IMG/VR virus record: IMGVR_UViG_3300010362_000011
Location: 1-26,732 of that record
Origin: a virus
Lineage: Duplodnaviria > Caudoviricetes
Length of the DNA: 26,732 bases
Reading direction: 5' to 3' (one strand)
The position numbers and the translations under genes were made by a program. The notes below the pieces were generated by a model. That model did not search any database and was not told the origin of the DNA. It saw only the letters and a list, made by a program, of their open reading frames with translations. This document shows positions 1-7,345 of the stretch, piece after piece. Positions within the stretch are counted from its first letter, which is position 1; every line of letters begins with the position of its first letter.

Positions 1-123
1 CGGCGAACGCGCCGGGGTCGGTGACTGCGCATGCGAACGCGCCGATGATGCCGACCTCGATGCCGCCGATTGACGGCTCGACCGCGCGAAGCTCGACCGG
101 GGAGCCGGGCGTCTCAGCGCAGA
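1..123. repeat. 123-bp terminal direct repeat, left copy (circular assembly overlap)
   Basis: 1-123 is identical to 26610-26732 and lies inside the capsid reading frame, so it is an assembly overlap rather than a biological terminal repeat. Confidence 0.97.
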
Positions 124-1240
124 GCAGCGCACTGAAGTCGCCGACGATGACGGTCCCGGCGGGGATCCCCGACGACGCCACGAAGTTCAGCCCGGCGATG
201 TTCGGGAACGTGCCGCTGGACAGGTCGGCGCTGCCGGTCGCCAGGAAGATCGGCGACGTGGCGCTGACCAGGGCGAGCAGCTTGTACGCGTCGGCGGGGT
301 TCGCGGCGATCGTGTTCGCGTAGCGGCCCGTGTTGGCGTACACCTCGCCGGCGGCCGCCGAGATAGCGGCCATCCACGCGGCGAGGTCGCCGGCGGTCAT
401 CGCGGTCGGCGTCGAGTCGGCCGCTGCCAGCACCGCGCCCGCGGCGGCGTCCGTCTTCTTCGCGTAGTCGGCCGCCGCCAGGTCGAACCACAGCTGCATC
501 GCGTCCGGGTTACTCCACTGTACGACCTGCCACGAGAAGTTGGCTGCGACGAGGTACGTGTCGGCGACGACCTGCGCGAAGTCGACGACCATCGCGCCGA
601 CCCCGGCCTCCGTCTTCTCGGCCGCCTGCTTGGCGACCTGCGGCCGGGTGACGATGTGCGGGAACTGGATCTTCCCGGCGCTCAACGCGACGTTGTTGGC
701 CGCCTGGACCAAGGGCCGCGACCGGTTAATCACTTGCATGATCTGGTTGATGTACTGGACGCTCGTGAGCCCGGTCACGTTGCTGGTCAGCACCTGGCTG
801 ACGGCCCGCTCGAGCCGCTGCTGCGCCTGGTGGCGCAGATGCGGGCTGACCGTCGACCCGACCCGGTCAAACCGGGTGATGATGACGTCGCGGGCGTACT
901 GTGCGAACGTGCGGTAGCTCGCCGGGGCGCCTTCACCCTCGCCCTCGTCGCCGTCACCTTCGCCGTTGCTCTCGCCGTTGCCCTCACCTTCGGGCGTCTC
1001 GCGGCGCCGCTTGAGCGCCGAGCGGGCGTCGGCCGCCTTCCCCCGCGTCTCCTCGACCTCGAGCAACTCGCCGATCATCGGCTCGAGCGCCTGCAGCCGC
1101 GAGCGCTCGGCGCCGATCAGCTCGCGCTCGGACTCGGTGGGGTCGCGCTCCTCGTCGTTGGCGCGGTCGAGGATGCGGTCAATGTTCTCCTGTCGCTGCG
1201 TCCGCTCGTCGACCAGACGCTGCAGCACGGCATTCGGCAT
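1..1240 (-). CDS. HK97-fold major capsid protein, 5' part (continues at 26609-26584; 421 aa total)
   Basis: Translated by hand: ATG at 1240 with GGAGG RBS, MPNAVLQRLVDERTQRQENIDRIL (coiled-coil delta domain), then RSRPLVQA, FPHIVTRP, AEKTE, GIPAGTVIVGDF, EPSIGGIEVG. Follows portal and protease. Absent from the ORF track because it crosses the contig end. Confidence 0.92.
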   Translation of the reverse strand, partial: MPNAVLQRLVDERTQRQENIDRILDRANDEERDPTESERELIGAERSRLQALEPMIGELLEVEETRGKAADARSALKRRRETPEGEGNGESNGEGDGDEGEGEGAPASYRTFAQYARDVIITRFDRVGSTVSPHLRHQAQQRLERAVSQVLTSNVTGLTSVQYINQIMQVINRSRPLVQAANNVALSAGKIQFPHIVTRPQVAKQAAEKTEAGVGAMVVDFAQVVADTYLVAANFSWQVVQWSNPDAMQLWFDLAAADYAKKTDAAAGAVLAAADSTPTAMTAGDLAAWMAAISAAAGEVYANTGRYANTIAANPADAYKLLALVSATSPIFLATGSADLSSGTFPNIAGLNFVASSGIPAGTVIVGDFSALLCAETPGSPVELRAVEPSIGGIEVGIIGAFACAVTDPGAFA

Positions 1241-1374
1241 TGCGGTCCCTCCGTCAACTCGGATTCGACGGGGTGCCGCTGTACGGAACTGCCTTCCGGT
1301 GCGCGGGGTGCAGCCGATCGCTGGGTGCCGCCGTCCGGGCCGCCTATCGCGGGGTGCCGTTCTGGCCGGGCAGT

Positions 1375-1956
1375 CTAAGCGGTGATGCCGACCGCACGCA
1401 ACCGGTCGAGCTGCGCCGCATCAATCGGCGGCAGGTCGAACTCAGCCTCGATCTCGGCCCGCGACCGGGTGGCGGTCACCAGCGCCCCGGTGTAGGCGGG
1501 CGCCCGGACGAGCGACACCTCGCGCAACTCGCAGTTCTGCCGCACCACCGTCCCGTCGCTCGTGCGGCGCCAGTGCGTGAACCGATCACGGAAGCTGACC
1601 GAGAACCCGGGCAGGATGCCGCTGCGGACCAGCTCGAGCGCCTGATCGCCGAACGCCCCGGCGTGGATCGCGAACGTCCCGAACAGGCCGCCCGCTTCCT
1701 CGTGCAATGAGCGGCACACGCCGACCGAGTGCGCGAGGTCGTCGCGGTGCTCGTACCGCAGCTCGATCCGCTCGGCCGCCTGCAGCTGCTTGCGGAAGCA
1801 TCCCGGCTCGAACACCTCCCAGTAGCTCGCGCCCTGCGGGTCGTCCCTGACCTTCGCGGCCTCGCCGTAGGGGACGCAGCAGCCCTCGACGATGCGACCC
1901 TCTTTCGTTTCGAGTGGCGCCGCGAACGCTCGGGTGAGGATCATCTCGGTTGTCAT
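1375..1956 (-). CDS. HK97-family prohead maturation protease
   Basis: IVEGCCVPYG, WEVFEPGCF, LRYEH, GFSVSF and REVSLVRAPAY motifs; between portal and capsid. Confidence 0.93.
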   Translation of the reverse strand: MTTEMILTRAFAAPLETKEGRIVEGCCVPYGEAAKVRDDPQGASYWEVFEPGCFRKQLQAAERIELRYEHRDDLAHSVGVCRSLHEEAGGLFGTFAIHAGAFGDQALELVRSGILPGFSVSFRDRFTHWRRTSDGTVVRQNCELREVSLVRAPAYTGALVTATRSRAEIEAEFDLPPIDAAQLDRLRAVGITA

Positions 1957-3149
1957 TGCAGCACCCCCTCTAGGCTCGGGGTGCCGTGAGCAGCCCCGGA
2001 TTCCTCGAACAGTTCATCGGCCTGGTCGCCCCGATCGGCGGGCGGCAGGTCGAACACCCAGGCCCGCGCTTCGTCGGTCGACATGACGCCCTTGTCGATC
2101 GCCGACGCCGCGACCGTCATCTTGCTGGCGACGTCCGGCTGCAGCGCCCTGGACGGGTCGAACTCCACCCAGTTCCCCCTGGGCAGCCACCGCGACAACG
2201 CGTCCGTGATCGCCCTGGCCACCGAGATCAGCTCGGTGCGCCACCAGAGGTCGACGAGCTGCGCCGGGTTCTGATACACGAGCCCGCCGGACACCGCGAG
2301 GTTCAGCAGGATCGCCGGCACGCCGAACGCCGCGGCGATCTGCCGTGCGTCCCAGTCCCGCGATTCGAGCAGCATCATGTCTTTCGGGCTGACGCTGATC
2401 GACTGCATCAGGTCGAGGTCGGGCGGGATGATCGCCGGGGCGCCGAGCCGTCTGCTGACCGCGGCCACCCATTGCGCTTGCACGTCGGCCGCCTGAGTGG
2501 CGTCTAGCCGCCGCGACGACTTGAGCGCCACCCGGTTCACCCCGGTCGAGTTGTACACGTCGGCCGCGTACGCGTCCGCCGCGGCCGCCGACGCCACGTT
2601 CGCCCAGTACGCCTGCAGCGCCCCGGTGCCCCTGAGCGCCCCGGTCGGGTTCCGGAAGATGTGGAGCACGTCCCGCGAGTCGAGCGGCGCCGAGTTCGAC
2701 CGGTACACCCGGACGCCACCCTGTTCCTCGACCCTCATCGTGGTCGCGTCGAGCACCGTCCAGGTCGCCGGGTACCCGTCCGCCAGTCGGCCGGTCACCC
2801 ACAGGAACGCCTCGCCCCTGGCGTACATCGACCAGACGATTGCGAACACCGCGTCGCCGATCCCGTTCGGGTACCACGCCGGGTCCGGGTCGGTCACCCA
2901 GCGCGGCTGATCGCGGCCCGTGTTCGCCTGCTGCTTGAAGCTCAACGGCATCGACCGCAGCTGCTGCGAGTTGAGCTGCAGGCACCGGTCGACGGTGCCG
3001 ACGTACTCGCCGTAGGGGAGCGGCTCGAACCAGCCGTTCTGCGGGAACCGCAGGGCGTGCGCGATGAAGTCGTCGACCGACGTGTAGGTCGGCGGCACCG
3101 CGTTCGTCGCATAGGGCAGCACTGGCTCGCGTCTGCGGCGCAGCCACAT
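1953..3149 (-). CDS. Portal protein, HK97 family (398 aa from ATG 3149)
   Basis: RGEAFLWV, DVLHIFR, LLESRDWDARQIAAAFGVPAILL, GVMSTDEAR; ATGA overlap with protease. Start placed at 3149 because of the promoter-like sequence just upstream. Confidence 0.93.
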   Translation of the reverse strand: MWLRRRREPVLPYATNAVPPTYTSVDDFIAHALRFPQNGWFEPLPYGEYVGTVDRCLQLNSQQLRSMPLSFKQQANTGRDQPRWVTDPDPAWYPNGIGDAVFAIVWSMYARGEAFLWVTGRLADGYPATWTVLDATTMRVEEQGGVRVYRSNSAPLDSRDVLHIFRNPTGALRGTGALQAYWANVASAAAADAYAADVYNSTGVNRVALKSSRRLDATQAADVQAQWVAAVSRRLGAPAIIPPDLDLMQSISVSPKDMMLLESRDWDARQIAAAFGVPAILLNLAVSGGLVYQNPAQLVDLWWRTELISVARAITDALSRWLPRGNWVEFDPSRALQPDVASKMTVAASAIDKGVMSTDEARAWVFDLPPADRGDQADELFEESGAAHGTPSLEGVLQ

Positions 3150-3211
3150 GGCCGCGCAGTATGGCAGCCGGTTGCCATTCACGGCAACTTCGCGCATCCT
3201 GCACTGCGGCA
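3150..3211. promoter_or_regulatory. Candidate divergent promoters for portal and terminase, with an 18-bp imperfect palindrome
   Basis: Minus: TTGCCG(3187-3182)-18-CATACT(3163-3158)-8-ATG. Plus: TTGCCA(3172-3177)-17-CATCCT(3195-3200)-11-ATG. GTTGCCATTCACGGCAAC at 3171-3188 holds both -35 hexamers. Confidence 0.55.
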
Positions 3212-4657
3212 ATGACGTGGTCGCCGGTCAACTCGACACTGCAGGGGAAGGGCCCCAAGCCGACGCTGCGGCTCGTCGAGATGCCACCCTGGGTGAACTG
3301 GCGCACGACCAGCGAGTCGGCCCGCGCCATCCGCTGGGTCGAGCGGTACCTGCCCGTCCCGGTCGGGTACGGCGCCGGTAAGTCATTGAAGCTCGCCGGG
3401 TTCCAACGCGAGATCGTCCGCACCCTGTACGACTCGCTCGCCACGTTCGTCAGCATCCCCGCCGCGAACGGCAAGTCGACCCTGATGGGGGCGCTCGCAA
3501 TCGAACGGCTCTGCCGCGGCGACGCCTACGTCGAGGTCGACGTCCTCGCCACCAAACGCGAACAGGCGGCCATCACCATCGAGGCCGCCAAACGGTTCGT
3601 CGAAGCGGTCCCCGACCTCGCCGAACGCTGCGTCTGGTACGCCGACCCCGGCATCCTCGAGTTCCGGCCCACCGGCTCGAGGCTCGCCGCCCACCCCGCC
3701 CGACTGTCGAGCCTGCAGGGGCTCAACTTCTCATTGGCGATCATCGACGAGGTCGGGTTCGCCGACGACGCACTCGTCGAAGCATTGATCGCCCGGCTCG
3801 CCAAACGCCCCGACGCCCGGCTCATCGGGATCGGCACCCCAGGCTTCGACCCGAACATCCTCTACCGCATCCGCCAGGAACACGCCGACGGCGCACTCCC
3901 ACCCGGCGTCCGCTACATCGAGCACTCAGCCCCACCCGGCTGCGACCTCGCCGACCGCCGCGCCTGGCAGCAAGCCAACCCCGCCCTCCGAGCCGGATTC
4001 CTCAACCCCGACGCGCTCGCCATCCAGGCCGAGCTGCTACCAGAGCGAGCGTTCCGCACCTACCACCTCGGCACCTGGACCGAAGCCACCGCAGGATGGC
4101 TCCCACCCGGCGCCTGGGAAGCCTGCCCCGACCAGCTGCCGCCACCCGACGGCGCCGAGGTCGTCATCGCCGTCGAAGGCACCTACAAACGCACCCTCGC
4201 CGTCGTCGGCGCCGGGCTCGACGGCAGCGTGTTCTTCTGCTGGGCCGCCGAAGCCGCCAAAGACGACGAGGTCGCCAAGGTCATCGCCGCCTGCTGCGAA
4301 CGCTGGGACGTCCTCGAGGTCAGCCACCCGAAACGCATCCGCACCCACCTGTTCAACGAACTCGACCGGCAAGGCTTGCCGCTGCAGCACTGGGACGCAC
4401 GCCCCGACGTCGAGGCCGCCAGCGCTAACGAACTTTACCGAGCCATCGTCGAGGGCAGGCTAAGCCACAACCACGAACCTTTGCTTGCGCAGCACATGGA
4501 CGCGCTCGCCGTCCGCACCGCGGTCGACGGGTCACTCAGGCTGGTGCGCCCCGACGACGGCGCCTACTGCGACGCCGCGCTCGCCGCACGGGCCGCGTGG
4601 TGGCGGGCCGCGCAGCTCGCCGACGAGCAGCCGACCGAGCCGATCCGGATCTACTGA
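3212..4657 (+). CDS. terL: Terminase large subunit (inverted relative to the structural operon)
   Basis: LAGFQREIV (Q motif), Walker A IPAANGKSTL, ATKREQA, Walker B AIIDEVG, GIGTPG, WQQANPAL, C-terminal DAALAA; start at ATG 3212 inferred. Confidence 0.92.
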   Translation: MTWSPVNSTLQGKGPKPTLRLVEMPPWVNWRTTSESARAIRWVERYLPVPVGYGAGKSLKLAGFQREIVRTLYDSLATFVSIPAANGKSTLMGALAIERLCRGDAYVEVDVLATKREQAAITIEAAKRFVEAVPDLAERCVWYADPGILEFRPTGSRLAAHPARLSSLQGLNFSLAIIDEVGFADDALVEALIARLAKRPDARLIGIGTPGFDPNILYRIRQEHADGALPPGVRYIEHSAPPGCDLADRRAWQQANPALRAGFLNPDALAIQAELLPERAFRTYHLGTWTEATAGWLPPGAWEACPDQLPPPDGAEVVIAVEGTYKRTLAVVGAGLDGSVFFCWAAEAAKDDEVAKVIAACCERWDVLEVSHPKRIRTHLFNELDRQGLPLQHWDARPDVEAASANELYRAIVEGRLSHNHEPLLAQHMDALAVRTAVDGSLRLVRPDDGAYCDAALAARAAWWRAAQLADEQPTEPIRIY

Positions 4658-4902
4658 CCGGCCGCGGCCTGCTCGCCCTGGTCGCCCGGCGGCCGGTTCG
4701 CAATCCCGTACACGCCGCCGAACGCCACCACCACCGCAGCCACGATCGTCACCCACTGCCCCGAACTGATCGACCCGAACGACTCGCCCCCGACGAGCAC
4801 CGCCTGCAACGCGCCGAGCCCCGCCACGACCCCGGCGAACACCGCTTTGAACGCCTGGGCGAGCAGCCGTAACGGCGCCCCCGATCGGCGTCGACCGGTC
4901 AC
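4651..4902 (-). CDS. Two-TM membrane protein, holin-like
   Basis: KAVFAGVVAGLGAL...GQWVTIVAAVVVAFGGVYGIAN matches the pattern of actinophage holins; GTGA coupling at its start. Confidence 0.65.
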   Translation of the reverse strand: MTGRRRSGAPLRLLAQAFKAVFAGVVAGLGALQAVLVGGESFGSISSGQWVTIVAAVVVAFGGVYGIANRPPGDQGEQAAAGQ

Positions 4903-5051
4903 TCTCGCCCCCGATCCGGCGCGACCGGTGTTGCCAGCGCTGGCGCGGGGCGGGTCGCCGATTGTCGGGCCAAATCGGGCGGTGGCACTTGCCCGGGCGC
5001 CGCGCCGCTAAAAAACCGCGTCGCCTCTGCTGGCAACGAACCGTCGATCAC
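4899..5051 (-). CDS. Possible 50-aa hypothetical protein (overlaps the candidate cos region)
   Basis: GTGA overlaps at both ends; low-complexity Pro/Ala sequence, may be non-coding. Confidence 0.3.
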   Translation of the reverse strand: MIDGSLPAEATRFFSGAAPGQVPPPDLARQSATRPAPALATPVAPDRGRE

Positions 5052-5182
5052 AGCAGCCACTCGCGCAATGCCTCGAGCACGACGCCGATCACCACGCCGA
5101 CACTTGTCCACGCCGCGGCGTGGCTGGGGCGGCGCCCCCTCCCCCCGGTCACCCAGCGTGGCCGCACCTCGGTCGCGCTCAC
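5048..5182 (-). CDS. 44-aa small membrane protein
   Basis: GTG 5182 overlaps the upstream TGA; hydrophobic C-terminus WTSVGVVIGVVLEALREWLL. Confidence 0.5.
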   Translation of the reverse strand: MSATEVRPRWVTGGRGRRPSHAAAWTSVGVVIGVVLEALREWLL

Positions 5183-5430
5183 CGCTTGCCCCTGGCTGCG
5201 CTGCGTTTCCCGACGGCGCGGACAGCCGAGTTGCGGCTCGCCTTGATCCGCTTGAGGACGTGGCTGTAGCTGCCGCTCGTCGTTGACCTGGCCGAGTAGG
5301 CGAGCGCGGCTCTCGCTCGCTTGGCGGTGTTGATCGGGTACTCCCTCGTCTTCGGGTAGGCGAACGCGGAGTCGGGTAGCCGCTTCACACCCTTCGCCGA
5401 ACTGGCGACGCCGGGGCGCGGCCTCGCCAT
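5179..5430 (-). CDS. Small basic protein, DUF6582-like (83 aa)
   Basis: LPDSAFAYPKTREYPINTAKRARAALA motif; TGATG coupling to the HNH gene. Confidence 0.7.
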   Translation of the reverse strand: MARPRPGVASSAKGVKRLPDSAFAYPKTREYPINTAKRARAALAYSARSTTSGSYSHVLKRIKASRNSAVRAVGKRSAARGKR

Positions 5431-5744
5431 CAGGTCGCCTCGATCTCGATGGCGCCCGCCCACACCCGGCGCTCACCCGGCGCCAATGGCGTGAGCCGGC
5501 GCATCGCGTTCTGCCGTTCCCGTCCGAGCGTCCCCCCAGTAGAGCAGTTGCAGTGGCGGCAGGCGGGCCGCAGGTTCGCGGGGTCCAGGCGCCTGCCGCC
5601 CTGGGCGATGGGCACGATGTGGTCGACGGTGTCGGCGTAGCCGCCGCAGCGGTAGCAGCGGCGGCCGTCACGAGCGAACACCAGGGTGCGGAGCACCTGC
5701 CAGTGCCGGGACGAGATACCGCGGTTGCGAGCGGTGACCTTCAT
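5430..5744 (-). CDS. HNH endonuclease (HK97 gp74-like packaging cofactor)
   Basis: RDGRRCYRCG...TVDHIVPIAQGG...NLRPACRHCN; located beside the terminase/cos region. Confidence 0.9.
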   Translation of the reverse strand: MKVTARNRGISSRHWQVLRTLVFARDGRRCYRCGGYADTVDHIVPIAQGGRRLDPANLRPACRHCNCSTGGTLGRERQNAMRRLTPLAPGERRVWAGAIEIEAT

Positions 5745-5782
5745 CCGGGTGGCAGGATAACGGGGACGGTGGCCGGTGTCGA
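5745..5782 (-). promoter_or_regulatory. Candidate housekeeping-sigma promoter, near-leaderless, for the HNH gene
   Basis: TCGACA(5782-5777)-17-TATCCT(5759-5754)-9-ATG, with no Shine-Dalgarno. Confidence 0.55.
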
Positions 5783-5830
5783 CTGGCGTGCTGGACGCTC
5801 GCCTGCCTTTCCGGGTCGACCCGGCCGCCG

Positions 5831-6106
5831 TCACTGCGGCGCCCCGTTGCCGTGGCGCAGCACGCGGCTGCGGACGATGCAACCCCTCGGGATCTGCAGG
5901 GTGAGGTCGACCTGTTCCCATGATTCGCTGCGGCTGAGTGCGAGCAGCAGGTAGCCGGGCTCGTCGGCGAGCAGCCACCCGACCGAGCGTTGCAGCATCC
6001 CGTCGTCACGGGCCGAGCGGCGGGCGTCCTCGAGGTCGAGCCATTGGTGCTCGCCGACACTGTCGTGCCAGACGACCTCGACGATCTCGGGTCGCCGGTC
6101 GGTCAT
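5831..6106 (-). CDS. Phage hypothetical protein (91 aa)
   Basis: VEVVWHDS...SVGWLL...LALS...IPRGCI pattern recalled from phage hypotheticals; ATGA coupling to rusA. Confidence 0.75.
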   Translation of the reverse strand: MTDRRPEIVEVVWHDSVGEHQWLDLEDARRSARDDGMLQRSVGWLLADEPGYLLLALSRSESWEQVDLTLQIPRGCIVRSRVLRHGNGAPQ

Positions 6107-6525
6107 CCGAGTTCGCGTAGCTCGATGTGGGCGGCGGGGCTGCCGTAATGCTTGCGGGCCACCAGCTCGACGACCTGGTCGTCGTCGTAGATGAGCCCGC
6201 TGTCGGTGAGCCCGTCGAGGAGGGAGCGCAGAAGCTTGTCGAGGTCAGGCCGCGTCTCGCAGTAGACGGGGGCGTTGGGTTTGAGTTGCCCGGCGTATCG
6301 GCCGGTGCGGTAGTGCGAGCGCGGCCGGGGTAGGACGAACACGACGTCGACGCGGACGCAGCCGGTGATCGTGCGGCCTTGCCGTTCGCGGCTGGCGGCG
6401 TCGGCGATCGTGGCCCGCCAGGGTTTCAGGCGTTTCGCGTTGGCGTCGATGACGCGGCCTTGGACGACGCGCTTGGAGCCCTGGGGGACGGGGACGCCGG
6501 GGACGGTGAACGCGAGCATGGTCAT
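6103..6525 (-). CDS. rusA: RusA-family Holliday junction resolvase
   Basis: FTVPGVPVPQGSK, RPDLDKLLRSLLDGL, DDDQVV motifs. Confidence 0.93.
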   Translation of the reverse strand: MTMLAFTVPGVPVPQGSKRVVQGRVIDANAKRLKPWRATIADAASRERQGRTITGCVRVDVVFVLPRPRSHYRTGRYAGQLKPNAPVYCETRPDLDKLLRSLLDGLTDSGLIYDDDQVVELVARKHYGSPAAHIELRELG

Positions 6526-6566
6526 TGGTAGGATTGGCCTGCTGCTTGTGGCTGGGCGGCCCATTG

Positions 6567-7250
6567 ATGACTGCCCGAGCCACGACACGAAGCAACGCAC
6601 GCGAGATCCGCGATGGTCGCGCATGGTGTCGGCACCATGGACGCTGGGAGCCGGTCGAAGACTTCGACTGGGCGAAGGCGAAGGTTGGAACGGATCCGAC
6701 TCAACCTTCCCGAATACCAAAACCTGACTGTCGGCTTGCCGAGCAGACGATTCGTGACCACGGCCGCGAAGCTGACCCGGCACGCTTCGCCATCGAGGGG
6801 CGTGCGAAATCCTTCGCAGGCGAACTTTCCAAAGCCCTCGGCAACACCATCGGCTATCACTTCGTGCTCATCGAACTGAACTGGCGGGCGCTCACACCGA
6901 TCATGCGTGCGCTGCTCGCACCCGACGGGCTCTGCCTCAACTGCGGTCGACACCGACAGGCGGCGCGTCACTTGCACATCGAGCACCGGATACCGCCGCT
7001 GTGCCTCGCCGATTGGCCTGCCCAGCACGCCCGGAATCTTTGGATCGCATGTGGTGGCTGCAATGTCGAGAAGGGCCGCAACGACGCCGACCGAGCGTGG
7101 CTCGAGCGCGAACACCGGAAATGGGTCATCGACCGCGAGTGGGCAACGCACGCCGGGGAGCGAGGCTGGCCTGCCTACGACCCAGCCTTCGGCTCGGATC
7201 GCCCGCGTTTGCCCGAGTTCGTGCAGTTGAGCATCGAGGACGCCCTGTAA
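6567..7250 (+). CDS. Second HNH-family nuclease (227 aa), inverted insert
   Basis: CLNCG...LHIEHRIPP...HARNLWIACGGCNVEKG; visibly more A/T-ending codons than neighbouring genes. Confidence 0.8.
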   Translation: MTARATTRSNAREIRDGRAWCRHHGRWEPVEDFDWAKAKVGTDPTQPSRIPKPDCRLAEQTIRDHGREADPARFAIEGRAKSFAGELSKALGNTIGYHFVLIELNWRALTPIMRALLAPDGLCLNCGRHRQAARHLHIEHRIPPLCLADWPAQHARNLWIACGGCNVEKGRNDADRAWLEREHRKWVIDREWATHAGERGWPAYDPAFGSDRPRLPEFVQLSIEDAL

Positions 7251-7267
7251 GACCGCACAATCGGAAG

Positions 7268-7313
7268 GGTGGCGCCGCTGCGGCTGGTGGCTGAGTGGCC
7301 GCGCGGCGCCACC
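7268..7313. terminator. Strong GC hairpin between convergent genes (candidate terminator)
   Basis: GGTGGCGCCGC (7268-7278) pairs perfectly with GCGGCGCCACC (7303-7313), extended by GCGGC/GCCGC after a 1-nt bulge; no U-tract. Confidence 0.5.
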
Positions 7314-7345
7314 GTCTCGACCGTGAGGCCGAGATCTGATCGAAG

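Noticed and set aside
1-123. Terminal repeat as a biological DTR or att site
   Set aside because: It falls inside the capsid coding sequence and behaves as a circular-assembly overlap
21-1710. Plus-strand ORFs over the capsid and protease genes
   Set aside because: Shadow frames of minus-strand genes; no motifs or RBS
2014-3474. 486-aa Arg/Gly-rich minus-strand ORF
   Set aside because: Off-frame overlap of the portal; composition typical of GC-rich alternative frames
3150-4665. Invertible segment flipping terL
   Set aside because: No flanking inverted repeats longer than about 5 bp seen, and the only recombinase is an integrase-type large serine recombinase
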